Below, one piece after another: positions 16,416 through 31,314 of a DNA stretch of 42,716 bases. A program made the position numbers and the translations under genes. The stretch comes from Gammaproteobacteria bacterium (GTDB taxonomy: Bacteria > Pseudomonadota > Gammaproteobacteria > Natronospirales > JASFQN01): positions 1 to 42,716 of the forward strand of contig JASFQN010000002.1 of the NCBI GenBank assembly GCA_050115425.1, read 5' to 3'. Under the pieces are notes generated by a model. It was not told the DNA's origin. It searched no databases and saw only the letters and a program-made list of their open reading frames with translations. Every line of letters begins with the position of its first letter. The stretch's first letter is position 1.

Positions 16416-18095
16416 TCAGGCCGTCCTGGCCCTTTCGATCATTTCCCTGGCATGGGTTCGGGTGGTTTCGGTGATTTCCATCCCTCCCAGCATTCGGGCC
16501 AGTTCCTCCACCTGGCCGTCCGAATCCAGTAGATCGATGGCTGTCCGCGTGCTCTCCTTGCGGGCCTGCTTGCTCACCTTGAAATGGCAGTGAGCCTGGC
16601 TGGCCACCTGGGGCAGATGGGTCACACAGAGCACCTGTCGGCTGCTTCCCAGCCCCCGCAACTGCCGGCCGACGATTTCCGCCACGCCGCCACCGATGCC
16701 GGCATCCACTTCGTCGAACACCATGGCGGGTATGTCGGTGGCATGGGCCGCGATGACCTGAATCGCCAGACTGATGCGTGAGAGTTCGCCGCCGCTGGCG
16801 ACTTTGGCGAGGGGGCGGGCAGGCTGGCCGGGGTTCGCGCTGACCAGGAACTCGATCGTGTCAGTGCCGGTTGGCGAAAGCCGGGCCGCCTCCCCCTGTG
16901 AGGTCACGGCCGCGTCGAACCGCCCACCGGGCATGCCCAGCTGGTTCATCTGCTCGGAAACCGCCTTGCTCAGCCGGACTGCAGCCTTGTGTCGCGCGTC
17001 ATGAAGTTGGCCGGCGAGTTCACGGTAGCCTTTTTCGAGGCTCTCCAGCTGAGCCTGCAGCTTGCCGAGTCGCAGGTCCGCATCCTGCAGGGAATCGAGT
17101 TCCTCTTCGAGCGCGGCCTGGAGGTCGGTGAGATCATCGGGCTGGACGCGATGCTTGCGGGCCAGCTGGTGCGCGCTGCCGATCCGGTCTTCGACCCAAT
17201 CGCGGCGTTCCGGGTCCATGTCGAGATCGGCCAGGTAGCGGCGCAACTCCTCGGCACCTTCCTGCAGGCTGATCAGTGCACTGTTCAGGCCGTCCCGGAC
17301 TTCCCCGAGCGAGGCGTCGATGTCGGCCAGTGATTCGAGTTCGCGTGCCGCGCCCGAGAGCAGTTGATAGGCGGACAGGTCCTCGGATTCGTAGCTCATG
17401 GCCAGCGCGCGCTGGGCGCCTTCCAGCAGCCGCCCGCTGTTGGCCAGGCGATCGTGCTCCTCTTCGAGCTTCGCCAGTTCGCCGGCGTTCAGTCCCAGCG
17501 CCCTGAGTTCGTCGACCTGATGGCGCAGCAGTTCCAGCCGGTCATCCCGGTCCCGCGCCTTTTCGGTCAGTTCTTCAAGTGTCTGTCGGATGTCGCGCCA
17601 TTCGGCGTATGCCGAGGCAACCTGCTCAAGGAGCTTGTCATTGCCGGCGTAGTTGTCCAGCAGGTTGCGCTGGATATCGCGACGCAGCAGCGACTGGTGT
17701 TCGTGCTGGCCGTGGATATCCACCAGCCTTTCGCCCAGTTCCTTGAGCGTGGCCATGGGGACACTGCGACCGTTGACATAGCCGCGCGATCGTCCCTCCG
17801 CGGTGATCACGCGGCGAATGATGCATTCGCCTTCGGCGCCGAGATCGTGCTCATCGAGCCAGCTTCGTACAGGCGCGCTATCGGCCAGATCGAAATCCGC
17901 GCTGATTTCGGCGCGTTTCGCGCCGTGGCGTACGGTGGTGGCGTCCGCGCGGTCACCCAGTACCAGGCCAAGGGCGTCCACCAGGATGGATTTGCCGGCG
18001 CCCGTTTCGCCGGTCAGCACGTTCAGCCCGGTGCTGAAGTCCAACTCCAGGCGCTCGATGATCGCGAAATCCCGAATGTGTATTCGTTCCAGCAC
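16416..18095 (-). CDS. recN: DNA repair protein RecN
   Basis: 559 aa. The N-terminus MLERIHIRDFAIIERLELDFSTGLNVLTGETGAGKS contains the Walker A motif, followed by coiled-coil regions and a C-terminal SMC signature (SGGELSRISLA). GTG start 3 nt after the nadK stop. Confidence 0.95.
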   Translation of the reverse strand: MLERIHIRDFAIIERLELDFSTGLNVLTGETGAGKSILVDALGLVLGDRADATTVRHGAKRAEISADFDLADSAPVRSWLDEHDLGAEGECIIRRVITAEGRSRGYVNGRSVPMATLKELGERLVDIHGQHEHQSLLRRDIQRNLLDNYAGNDKLLEQVASAYAEWRDIRQTLEELTEKARDRDDRLELLRHQVDELRALGLNAGELAKLEEEHDRLANSGRLLEGAQRALAMSYESEDLSAYQLLSGAARELESLADIDASLGEVRDGLNSALISLQEGAEELRRYLADLDMDPERRDWVEDRIGSAHQLARKHRVQPDDLTDLQAALEEELDSLQDADLRLGKLQAQLESLEKGYRELAGQLHDARHKAAVRLSKAVSEQMNQLGMPGGRFDAAVTSQGEAARLSPTGTDTIEFLVSANPGQPARPLAKVASGGELSRISLAIQVIAAHATDIPAMVFDEVDAGIGGGVAEIVGRQLRGLGSSRQVLCVTHLPQVASQAHCHFKVSKQARKESTRTAIDLLDSDGQVEELARMLGGMEITETTRTHAREMIERARTA

Positions 18096-18098
18096 GGC

Positions 18099-18995
18099 TT
18101 AACGCGTCCCATCCATGTGTTCGCTTCGACCCCAATGCAGTTTGTTGCGCAGGATCCGGAAATAGTCGTGGTCACGTGGGTGGAGCAGGGTGACGCTCAG
18201 TACGCTCTTGCGGATGCGTACCCGGTCGCCCCAGGACAGACCGGCGTGGCGCTGCCCGTCCCATATCAACTGCGCCTGGCTTTCCTCGCGGCCCCTGAGT
18301 ACCACCTCGACCACGCTGTCGCTGGCCAGTGCCAGTGGCCGGTCGCTCAGTGTGTGGGGACAAATGGGTACCAGCGCGATGGCCTCCAGCGACGGATGCA
18401 GAATCGGCCCCCCGCCGGAGAGCGCGTAGGCGGTGGAGCCGGTCGGTGTGGCGACCACCAGCCCGTCGGCGCGGTGCGAGCAGACGTAGGCGCCATCCAC
18501 ATGGGTGTCGAACTCGATCATGCGCCCACCGTCCGCCTTCTGGATCACGGCATCGTTCAGGGCCACATCCACCGACCCCTCGCCGTCGGCGTGCATGATG
18601 CCGGCTTCAAGCAGGCAGCGCCGGTCGCTCAGGTACTCGCCGGCCAGGATGCTGTCCAGCGCGGAAATCACATCTTCCCGGGGAATGTCAGTGAGAAATC
18701 CCAACCGGCCGAGGTTGATGCCGACGAGCGGGACGTCGTAACTGGCCAGGCTGCGCGCGGCATTGAGCATCGTGCCGTCACCGCCGATGACGACCACCAG
18801 GTCGCATTGCCGGCCGAGAGCATCGCGTTCCAGGCACTGATGATCAAGATCGGGCAGCAGTAGCGCGGTGGCGGTATCCACGCGCACGTGGAACCCCCGC
18901 CGGGCAAGGTGTCCGGCCACCGTTCCCAGCGTCCGAATCACGCGCTCGTCGCCTTCCTTGCCGAGCAGGCCGATGGTGGAAAATTGCGTGTTCAT
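18099..18995 (-). CDS. nadK: NAD(+) kinase
   Basis: MNTQFSTIGLLGK..., the GGDGTML motif, and LGFLTD. I took the start at ATG 18995. The track ORF extends another 30 Arg/Ala-rich codons. Confidence 0.93.
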   Translation of the reverse strand: MNTQFSTIGLLGKEGDERVIRTLGTVAGHLARRGFHVRVDTATALLLPDLDHQCLERDALGRQCDLVVVIGGDGTMLNAARSLASYDVPLVGINLGRLGFLTDIPREDVISALDSILAGEYLSDRRCLLEAGIMHADGEGSVDVALNDAVIQKADGGRMIEFDTHVDGAYVCSHRADGLVVATPTGSTAYALSGGGPILHPSLEAIALVPICPHTLSDRPLALASDSVVEVVLRGREESQAQLIWDGQRHAGLSWGDRVRIRKSVLSVTLLHPRDHDYFRILRNKLHWGRSEHMDGTR

Positions 18996-19101
18996 AAAGT
19001 GGCGAAAACTTATCACGTGTGCTCTGGCGCGCCAACAAGAACCCGCGCGGCCGGGGGTGGCGCATCGTGGTCGGGGACCCTCCACAAGTCGCTGTTTTGC
19101 C

Positions 19102-19131
19102 TTGACACTGTTCAGGGTGGATTGCTAATTT
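19102..19131 (+). promoter_or_regulatory. sigma70-type promoter of hrcA-grpE
   Basis: TTGACA (19102..19107), an 18-nt spacer, then TAATTT (19126..19131), immediately followed by the CIRCE operator. Confidence 0.6.
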
Positions 19132-19158
19132 TTAGCACTCGAAAAACCAGAGTGCTAA
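19132..19158 (+). promoter_or_regulatory. CIRCE operator (HrcA binding site)
   Basis: TTAGCACTC-GAAAAACCA-GAGTGCTAA is a perfect match to the CIRCE consensus TTAGCACTC-N9-GAGTGCTAA. It lies directly upstream of hrcA. Confidence 0.92.
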
Positions 19159-19182
19159 CGGGTGGTGAGCCCCGAAATCCGA

Positions 19183-20241
19183 ATGGCCAACGAATCCAGC
19201 GAATCGGTCCTCAATGAGCGCGCCCAACACCTGCTCAAGGTGATGGTCGAGCGCTATATCCAGGAGGGCCAGCCGGTGGGGTCCCGGCTGCTGTCGCGCG
19301 ATTCCGGCCTGGACCTCAGTCCGGCCAGTGTGCGCAACGTGATGGCGGACCTGGAAGAACTCGGTTTTGTTCAGTCACCGCATACGTCCGCGGGTCGGGT
19401 GCCCACCGTCAAGGGGTATCGATTTTTCGTGGATACGTTGCTCACCGTGCGTCCCATCGACCGTCGCGAAGTCCAGCGCATGGAGAGCGAGCTCGTTGCC
19501 ACGCTTGGGGATCCCCAGGAACTGGTCGCTTCGACGTCCACGCTGTTGTCCGGCATTACCCGTCTGGCCGGTGTTGTCACCCTTCCCAGGCGCGAACACA
19601 GCTCGTGGCGACAGATCGAATTTCTCCCGCTATCGGACAACCGTGTGCTGGCCATCCTGGTGATCAACGAGCGCGAGGTGCAAAACCGCATACTGCACCT
19701 CGAGGGTGGCTACAGTTCCAGTCAGTTGCAGAAGGCCGCCAACTACCTGAACGCCCATTTCGCCGGGCGTGATCTCAACGAGGTGCGCGAAAGCCTGCTT
19801 CGGGAGATGCGCGAGGCCCGGGAAAGCATGAACGAACTGATGCTCACGGCCATCAGCATGGCCGAGCAGGTATTCGGCGGCGAGGACGAGGGCGAGGGCG
19901 AATATGTTATCGCCGGGCAGACGAATCTCATGGAATTCGCAGAACTCTCCGACGTCGAGAAGCTGCGCAGGCTCTTTGACGCCTTCAATCAGAAACGCGA
20001 CATTCTGCATCTGCTGGACAAATGCGTGACCGCGAGTGGCGTGCAGATATTCATCGGCGAGGAGTCCGGTTACCAGGTGCTGGATGAATGCAGCGTGGTG
20101 ACCTCGCCCTATGAAGTGGACGGCGAAGTGGTCGGCGTGCTGGGAGTGATCGGGCCCACCCGGATGGCCTACGAGCGGGTGATCCCCATCGTCGATGTCA
20201 CCGCGCGTCTGCTCGGCGCCGCCTTGAATTCCCGAAAGTAG
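19183..20241 (+). CDS. hrcA: heat-inducible transcription repressor HrcA
   Basis: LNERAQHLLKVMVERYIQEGQPVGSRLL...SPASVRNVMADLEELGFVQSPHTSAGRVPT. I prefer the ATG at 19183. The GTG at 19162 is possible, but it begins only 3 nt after CIRCE. Confidence 0.92.
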   Translation: MANESSESVLNERAQHLLKVMVERYIQEGQPVGSRLLSRDSGLDLSPASVRNVMADLEELGFVQSPHTSAGRVPTVKGYRFFVDTLLTVRPIDRREVQRMESELVATLGDPQELVASTSTLLSGITRLAGVVTLPRREHSSWRQIEFLPLSDNRVLAILVINEREVQNRILHLEGGYSSSQLQKAANYLNAHFAGRDLNEVRESLLREMREARESMNELMLTAISMAEQVFGGEDEGEGEYVIAGQTNLMEFAELSDVEKLRRLFDAFNQKRDILHLLDKCVTASGVQIFIGEESGYQVLDECSVVTSPYEVDGEVVGVLGVIGPTRMAYERVIPIVDVTARLLGAALNSRK

Positions 20242-20342
20242 GCCCCATTGGAGCTTAAGCGGACCGTCATTGGGACGGCAGGTTTCATATTGCCCGGTGC
20301 CGGAGGGGCGCCGGCAGCGGAAATGACCCAGGAGTGAACGAC

Positions 20343-20927
20343 ATGTCCAGCGAAAAGCCGGCCGAAGAGCCATCCGGCGCAGCCGAGGAACAGGCGCAGG
20401 TTGCCGAGGCGGATGCCGCCGAGAAGGAAAATGCGGGTAGTGACCTCGAGCAGCAACTGGCCGAGGCGCGCGCCCGGGCCGAGGAGAATCACGGCAACTA
20501 TCTGCGCGCGCTGGCCGAACTGGAGAATGTGCGCAAGCGGGCCCAGCGGGACGTGGAGCATGCGCACAAGTTCGCACTGGAAAAATTCGCCAACGAGATG
20601 CTGACCGTGCGCGACAGCCTGGAGATGGGGCTGAATGCGGCACAGGGCGAGAATGCCGACGTCGAAACCCTGCGTCAGGGCAAGGAAGTGACGCTCAAGC
20701 AGCTCACGGCGGCTCTGGAGAAATTCGGAATTACCGAAATCAACCCCGAGGGGCAGCCATTCAATCCGGAATTCCATGAGGCGATGGCCATGCAGGAATC
20801 GGCTGAAGCCGAACCGGACACGGTGCTGCACGTGGTGCAGAAGGGCTACCTGCTCAACGGGCGCCTGCTGCGGCCGGCGCGGGTGATTGTGGCGCGGGCG
20901 CCGGCGGACGACGAATCGGCCAATTGA
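20343..20927 (+). CDS. grpE: nucleotide exchange factor GrpE
   Basis: YLRALAELENVRKRAQRDVEHAHKFALEKFANEML and the GrpE C-terminal beta domain. The ATG at 20343 has AGGAG 8 nt upstream. The track's GTG at 20334 lies inside that Shine-Dalgarno sequence. Confidence 0.93.
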   Translation: MSSEKPAEEPSGAAEEQAQVAEADAAEKENAGSDLEQQLAEARARAEENHGNYLRALAELENVRKRAQRDVEHAHKFALEKFANEMLTVRDSLEMGLNAAQGENADVETLRQGKEVTLKQLTAALEKFGITEINPEGQPFNPEFHEAMAMQESAEAEPDTVLHVVQKGYLLNGRLLRPARVIVARAPADDESAN

Positions 20928-20948
20928 CGTATTGGTGGGCGCCACCTG

Positions 20949-20976
20949 CTTGAAAGGCGTGAGCGGGACCCCATAA
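20949..20976 (+). promoter_or_regulatory. sigma32 (RpoH)-type heat-shock promoter of dnaK
   Basis: CTTGAAA (20949..20955), a 13-nt spacer, then CCCCATAA (20969..20976). Compare the consensus CTTGAAA-N13/14-CCCCATnT. It lies 50 nt upstream of the dnaK ATG. Confidence 0.7.
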
Positions 20977-21025
20977 AGGCCTTTAGACAAGCTTTTTTCA
21001 AACGACTTTTCGGGAGTAACTAGCG

Positions 21026-22960
<1,935 letters not shown>

Positions 22961-22969
22961 ACACGACGC

Positions 22970-23048
22970 CCCCGGGCGGCGTCAGGGAGCGTCGCCCGGG
23001 GATTCCGCGAAAGGACACGCAGCCGCGACGGTCCCGGGACCTCGCGGC
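22970..23048 (+). other. two GC-rich stem-loops in the dnaK-dnaJ spacer
   Basis: CCCCGGGCG...CGCCCGGGG forms a 9-bp stem, extendable (22970..23001). GCCGCGA-N13-TCGCGGC forms a second (23022..23048). Neither has a U-tract, which fits intercistronic attenuation or mRNA-stability elements. Confidence 0.4.
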
Positions 23049-23098
23049 TTGCCTGTGACTGATGACTGAGACAAACGACCGGGAACAAGAGAGCCGAT

Positions 23099-24250
23099 AT
23101 GGCAAGAGACTATTACGAGATTCTGGGGGTGGACAAAAATGCCTCCGACGCCGAACTGAAGAAAGCCTATCGGCGTCTGGCGATGAAATACCACCCCGAT
23201 CGTAACCCCGGTGACGAAGAAGCCGAGAGCCGGTTCAAGGAGGCCAAGGAGGCCTATGAAATCCTCACCGACCCACAAAAACGGGCCGCTTACGACCAGT
23301 TTGGTCACGCGGGCGTCGATCCATCGATGGGCGGTGGTCGCGGCGCGGGTGGTTTTCATGGCTTCGGCGGAGCGGAAGCCTTCAGCGATATTTTCGGTGA
23401 CGTCTTTGGCGACATTTTCGGTGGTGGCCGGCGGGGTGGCGGTCGCAGTCGCGTCATGCGCGGCGCCGATTTGCGCTATGAACTGGATCTGAGCCTGGAG
23501 CAGGCGGTCGCCGGTGACACCATCAAGGTGCAAATCCCCACTGCCGTAGCCTGCGAGGAGTGCGACGGCAGCGGTGCGGCAAAAGGCAGCCAGCCGGAGA
23601 CTTGCGACACCTGTGGCGGCGCCGGTCAGGTGCGGATGCAGCAGGGCTTCTTCTCCATCCAGCAGCCCTGCCCGCAATGCCGCGGTCAGGGCAAGGTGAT
23701 TCGGGATCCCTGCCATACCTGCCATGGCAGCGGCCGAGTCAACCGGCAGAAGATCCTGTCCGTGAAAGTGCCGCCGGGGGTGGATACCGGCGACCGCATC
23801 CGTCTGGCCGGCGAGGGCGAAGCCGGCCTCAACGGCGGACCTCCCGGCGACCTCTATGTGGAAATCGGAATTCGCCCGCATCCCATCTTCACCCGTGAGG
23901 GCAGCGATCTCTTTTGCGAGGTGCCGGTGAGCTTTGCCCGCGCCACGCTGGGTGGGGAGGTGGAGGTACCTACCCTGGAGGGCAAGGTCGCGCTCAAGAT
24001 TCCCGCCGGCACCCAGAGCGGGCGGTTGTTCCGCATGCGCGGCAAGGGCGTCAAGCCGGTGCGCGGCGGTCCCACGGGCGACCTGAAATGCCGGGTCATG
24101 GTGGAAACGCCCGTCAATCTCACGCCGGAACAGAAAAAGCTGCTCGAACAGCTCGACAAGTCACTGGCCAAGGGAGGTGACCGGCACAGTCCGCGCGCCA
24201 GTTCCTGGCTTGATGGCGTGAAATCGTTCTTCGAAAGCATGCGGCACTAG
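23099..24250 (+). CDS. dnaJ: molecular chaperone DnaJ
   Basis: J-domain with HPD (YHPDRNPGD), a G/F-rich region, and four CxxCxGxG zinc-finger repeats. Confidence 0.98.
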   Translation: MARDYYEILGVDKNASDAELKKAYRRLAMKYHPDRNPGDEEAESRFKEAKEAYEILTDPQKRAAYDQFGHAGVDPSMGGGRGAGGFHGFGGAEAFSDIFGDVFGDIFGGGRRGGGRSRVMRGADLRYELDLSLEQAVAGDTIKVQIPTAVACEECDGSGAAKGSQPETCDTCGGAGQVRMQQGFFSIQQPCPQCRGQGKVIRDPCHTCHGSGRVNRQKILSVKVPPGVDTGDRIRLAGEGEAGLNGGPPGDLYVEIGIRPHPIFTREGSDLFCEVPVSFARATLGGEVEVPTLEGKVALKIPAGTQSGRLFRMRGKGVKPVRGGPTGDLKCRVMVETPVNLTPEQKKLLEQLDKSLAKGGDRHSPRASSWLDGVKSFFESMRH

Positions 24251-24396
24251 TTCGGGGCCCCGCGCCCAGATGGCGTGCTGCCGAGGCGTGCCCGAGCGGC
24301 AGATCGCCCGCGCGACGCGCGAAAGCGCGCGCGCCGGGCTCGCAAGTCGCCGGTGCCGGGGCTAATCTTCGAGGGCATCCACATCAGGGGTACAGG

Positions 24397-25197
24397 GTGA
24401 AGCGGATTGGCATCAGCGGCGCCGGTGGGCGCATGGGCGTGGCCCTTTTGCGGGCCCTGCGGGAATCAGACGGGTTCGTGCCGGGTGGCGCCCTGGTTCG
24501 TCCGGGTGACGCACGCGCAGGCAGGCGGGTGGATGACGCCTTTCCCGACTTGCGCTTCACCGATTGCCCGGAAACGGTGGTTGCGGAAAGCGATGTGATC
24601 GTGGATTTCTCGACTCCCGAGGCCACCGACGCTGTGCTGACCGCCTGTATGGCGGCGGACCGGGCCCTGGTGATCGGCACTACCGGGCTGTCCGCGGCGC
24701 AAAAGGCAGCCGTGCGCGAGGCGGGCCAGCATATCGCCGTGGTCATGGCGCCGAATACCAGCCTCGGAGTCAATTTGCTGATCAGCCTGGTCGGTCAGGC
24801 CGCGGCGGCACTCGGCGAGGACTGGGACTGCGAAATCGTCGAAGCGCACCATCGGTACAAGGCGGACGCACCTTCGGGTACGGCGCTGCGGCTCGGCGAG
24901 GCGGTGGCCGCGGCGCGCGGGTGTTCGCTTGCCGAGGCGGCCGTCCATGCGCGGCACGGGCAGACGGGGCCCCGCCGGTCCGGCGCCATCGGTTTTTCCA
25001 CTGTTCGCGGGGGTGACATCGCCGGTGAACACACCGTCATGTTCGCTGGTGACGGCGAGCGGCTGGAGCTGGCTCATCGAGCCACGGACCGCACGATTTT
25101 CGCCCGTGGAGCCCTGCGGGCGGCGGCCTGGGTGGTCGAGCAGCCGCCCGGCTTCTACACCATGCAGGATGTATTGGGGATCGGTGGCTCCCACTGA
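24397..25197 (+). CDS. dapB: 4-hydroxy-tetrahydrodipicolinate reductase
   Basis: MKRIGISGAGGRMG is the NAD(P) binding fold, with EAHHRYKADAPSGTA and a GTG start. The dnaJ-dapB-carAB order matches Pseudomonas. Confidence 0.93.
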   Translation: MKRIGISGAGGRMGVALLRALRESDGFVPGGALVRPGDARAGRRVDDAFPDLRFTDCPETVVAESDVIVDFSTPEATDAVLTACMAADRALVIGTTGLSAAQKAAVREAGQHIAVVMAPNTSLGVNLLISLVGQAAAALGEDWDCEIVEAHHRYKADAPSGTALRLGEAVAAARGCSLAEAAVHARHGQTGPRRSGAIGFSTVRGGDIAGEHTVMFAGDGERLELAHRATDRTIFARGALRAAAWVVEQPPGFYTMQDVLGIGGSH

Positions 25198-25315
25198 CCA
25201 TTTTTTTGTGGCCGGCGCGCGCCGTGCGTGGACACCCGGCCCCCGTATGGATTAGAATTTCGCGGATTTGTGACCGGGGAACCCCGCGCATCAGCGGTTC
25301 CAGGCATTCTTCAGG

Positions 25316-25349
25316 GCGGGAAGGGTCCGCGGCGGATCCCTCCCGCTTT
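25316..25349 (+). promoter_or_regulatory. imperfect GC-rich hairpin followed by TTTG in the carA leader (possible attenuator)
   Basis: GCGGGAAGGGTCCGC/GGCGGATCCCTCCCGC pairs with one bulge and is followed by TTTG. It ends about 15 nt before the carA GGAGG Shine-Dalgarno sequence. Confidence 0.3.
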
Positions 25350-25374
25350 GCACATCTGACACTCGGAGGTTGGC

Positions 25375-26508
25375 TTGGGCACGAAAGCCATACTCGCACT
25401 GGAGGACGGCTCGATCTTCCGCGGGCAGTCCATCGGTGCCGAAGGCACCACCACCGGCGAAGTCGTATTCAACACGGCGATGTCCGGTTATCAGGAAATT
25501 CTCACCGATCCCTCGTATTCCCGCCAGTTGGTCACCCTGACCTATCCGCACATCGGCAATGTGGGCGTCAACGCCATGGACTCCGAATCGACCTCGGTGC
25601 AGTCGGCGGGCCTGATCGTTCGGGATCTGCCCACGCGACCCAGCAACTGGCGGAGCGAGCAGGATCTTCCGGCCTACCTGAGGGCGCAGGGCGTGGTGGC
25701 GATCGCCGACATCGATACCCGCCGGCTGACGCGACTGCTGCGGGAGAAGGGCGCGCAGAACGGCTGCATCATGACCGGCGAGCCGGACGAGGCAGAGGCG
25801 GTGGAGGCGGCACGGGCCTTTCCCGGACTCAAGGGGATGGATCTGGCCAGAGTGGTCAGTTGCAAATCCGCCTACGAGTGGCAGGAAGGCACCTGGCAAC
25901 TGGATTCCAACGCAGCCCGTCCGGCCCCTGAACCACGCTTCCATGTCGTTGCCTACGATTTCGGCGTGAAATGCAACATCCTGCGCATCCTGGTGGACCA
26001 CGGCTGCCGAATCACCGTGGTGCCGGCCACCACGCCTGCGGCCGATGTGCTGGCCAGGCAGCCCGACGGCATATTTCTTTCCAACGGACCCGGCGATCCC
26101 CAGCCATGTGATTACGCGATCGCCTCGATCCGGGAGATTGTCGACCGCGGACTGCCGACTTTCGGCATCTGCCTGGGGCACCAGTTGCTGGGCCTGGCGG
26201 CAGGCGGGCGCAGCATGAAGATGAAATTCGGCCACCACGGGGCCAATCACCCGGTGCTGGATCTGGATTCCGGCCGGGTAATGATCAGCAGCCAGAACCA
26301 CGGTTTCGCCATCGATGAAGCCTCGCTCCCCGAGGGAGTGCGTACCACGCACCGCTCACTCTTCGACGGGACGCTCCAGGGGCTTGAATGGACGGACAGG
26401 CCGGCTTTCGGTTTCCAGGGGCACCCCGAGGCGAGTCCCGGCCCACACGACGTGAAGCCCCTGTTCGACAAATTCATTCGCCTGATGGACGAAGCCGGCG
26501 CGCGGTGA
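25375..26508 (+). CDS. carA: carbamoyl-phosphate synthase small (glutaminase) subunit
   Basis: 377 aa with the GATase motif GICLGHQLL and HGxNHPV. TTG start with GGAGG 5 nt upstream. E. coli carA is also known to use UUG. Confidence 0.96.
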   Translation: MGTKAILALEDGSIFRGQSIGAEGTTTGEVVFNTAMSGYQEILTDPSYSRQLVTLTYPHIGNVGVNAMDSESTSVQSAGLIVRDLPTRPSNWRSEQDLPAYLRAQGVVAIADIDTRRLTRLLREKGAQNGCIMTGEPDEAEAVEAARAFPGLKGMDLARVVSCKSAYEWQEGTWQLDSNAARPAPEPRFHVVAYDFGVKCNILRILVDHGCRITVVPATTPAADVLARQPDGIFLSNGPGDPQPCDYAIASIREIVDRGLPTFGICLGHQLLGLAAGGRSMKMKFGHHGANHPVLDLDSGRVMISSQNHGFAIDEASLPEGVRTTHRSLFDGTLQGLEWTDRPAFGFQGHPEASPGPHDVKPLFDKFIRLMDEAGAR

Positions 26509-26571
26509 TCCACGCGCGTCTGAATCCACGCTCCGAGCCGCGGCCACGATAACGATAACGGTAGACAGCGA

Positions 26572-29792
<3,221 letters not shown>

Positions 29793-29796
<4 letters not shown>

Positions 29797-30269
29797 ACAG
29801 AACTCCGCTCACGGTAAGGGGTGCCGAGCGGCTTCGCGAGGAACTCAAGCGGCTCAAGTCCGTTGAACGGCCACGCGTCATCCAGGCAATTGCCGAAGCG
29901 CGTGCGCACGGCGACCTCAAGGAAAATGCCGAGTACCATGCGGCTCGCGAGGAACAGGGCTTCATCGAGGGCCGGATCAAGGAAATCGAGGGCAAGCTCT
30001 CCAATGCCGAGATCATTGACATCACTTCGTTGAATGCCGGCGGCAAGGTTGTATTTGGCGCAACGGTCGTGCTTGAAGACGAAGACGCCGGCACCGAAGT
30101 GACCTACCAGATCGTCGGCGAGGACGAGGCGGACATCAAGTCCGGCCTGATATCGGTCAATTCGCCAATCGCCCGTGCCCTGATCGGCAAGGAAGAGGGT
30201 GACCCGGTCACCGTCCGCACCCCGGGCGGCGACAAGGGTTTCGAGGTTGTCGAGGTTCGCTACGAGTGA
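29793..30269 (+). CDS. greA: transcription elongation factor GreA
   Basis: [18 protein letters not shown]...[15 protein letters not shown]. Its ATG overlaps the carB stop (ATGA). Confidence 0.96.
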
Positions 30270-30288
30270 CTGACAGCCGGCTGCCGGC

Positions 30289-30591
30289 TCAGACCGGCAG
30301 CTGGACGCGCGGCTTTTCGGCGTTGCGCCGGAACAGCGTGGCCACATGGCCGACCCGTTGGACCAGTGTGGCGCCGGTCTCCTCCAGAAGTCTGTCCAGC
30401 ATCTGATTCCGGTCGTCCCGGTCGGCGGCCACCAGCCGTACCTTTATGAGTTCATGGTGCTCCAGCGCCTTCTCCAGTTCCTTGAGCACGGCGTCGCTGA
30501 GTCCGGCATTGCCTGTCTGGACCACCGGTTTCAGGGCGTGGGCCAGCCCACGAAGATGTTTGCGCTGGGTTTCGGTGAGGATCTGATTCAT
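30289..30591 (-). CDS. yhbY: ribosome assembly RNA-binding protein YhbY (CRM domain)
   Basis: 100 aa with [47 protein letters not shown]. Divergent from rlmE, as in E. coli and Pseudomonas. Confidence 0.88.
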   Translation of the reverse strand: MNQILTETQRKHLRGLAHALKPVVQTGNAGLSDAVLKELEKALEHHELIKVRLVAADRDDRNQMLDRLLEETGATLVQRVGHVATLFRRNAEKPRVQLPV

Positions 30592-30690
30592 GATGGATTC
30601 GTCGCTTCAGGGGCGGCGGATTCTAGCACGCGGCGCGGGGCCGGCGACAAGCCCGACGACTGTCTGCGGATGTATGGGAAGCTTCCTGGC

Positions 30691-31314
30691 ATGGCAAAAC
30701 GCAGCAAGAGCAGCGGCCGATGGCTGGCCGAGCACTTCAACGACCGCTTTGTGCGCGAGGCGCAGAAAGCCGGCTGGCGTTCGCGCGCGGTCTTCAAACT
30801 GGCCGAAATCGACGAGCGCGAGAAGCTTTTCCGCCCCGGCATGACGGTGGTGGACCTGGGTGCAGCGCCCGGCGGCTGGAGTCAGTACGCAGCGCAGCAA
30901 TTGGCGGGACAGGGCCGTGTGCTGGCCCTGGACATTCTGCCCATGGATCCGCTTCCCGGGGTCGAATTCCTGCAGGGGGACTTCACTGAAGAGGGGCCCT
31001 TGCAGGCCCTGCTGGCGGCTCTCGGGGCCGAACGGGCGGACCTTGTATTGTCGGATATGGCCCCCAATATGAGTGGTATGAGCGCGGTGGACCAGCCGCG
31101 TTCCATGTATCTGGCCGAACTGGCGCTGGATCTTTGTGCCACGGCCCTGAAACCCGGGGGCAGTTTCCTGGTCAAGGTATTTCAGGGGGAGGGATTCGAT
31201 CCCTTCCTGAAGGCATTGCGGGGCGCTTTCGGGCGCGTCGTGGTGCGCAAGCCGGAGGCTTCCAGGGCTCGCAGCCGGGAGGTCTATTTGTTGGCCCGCG
31301 ACTTTAAGGTGTAG
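30691..31314 (+). CDS. rlmE: 23S rRNA (uridine2552-2'-O)-methyltransferase RlmE (FtsJ)
   Basis: [37 protein letters not shown]...[14 protein letters not shown]...SDMAPN. The long upstream extension in the track ORF overlaps yhbY antisense. Confidence 0.93.
   Translation: MAKRSKSSGRWLAEHFNDRFVREAQKAGWRSRAVFKLAEIDEREKLFRPGMTVVDLGAAPGGWSQYAAQQLAGQGRVLALDILPMDPLPGVEFLQGDFTEEGPLQALLAALGAERADLVLSDMAPNMSGMSAVDQPRSMYLAELALDLCATALKPGGSFLVKVFQGEGFDPFLKALRGAFGRVVVRKPEASRARSREVYLLARDFKV

Noticed and set aside
17364-18863. 499-aa plus-strand ORF across recN and nadK
   Set aside because: It is antisense to two strongly supported minus-strand genes and spans their junction.
26547-26560. Tandem CGATAA-CGATAA repeat in the carA-carB spacer
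   Set aside because: There are only two copies of a hexamer, which is too short to have any inferable function.
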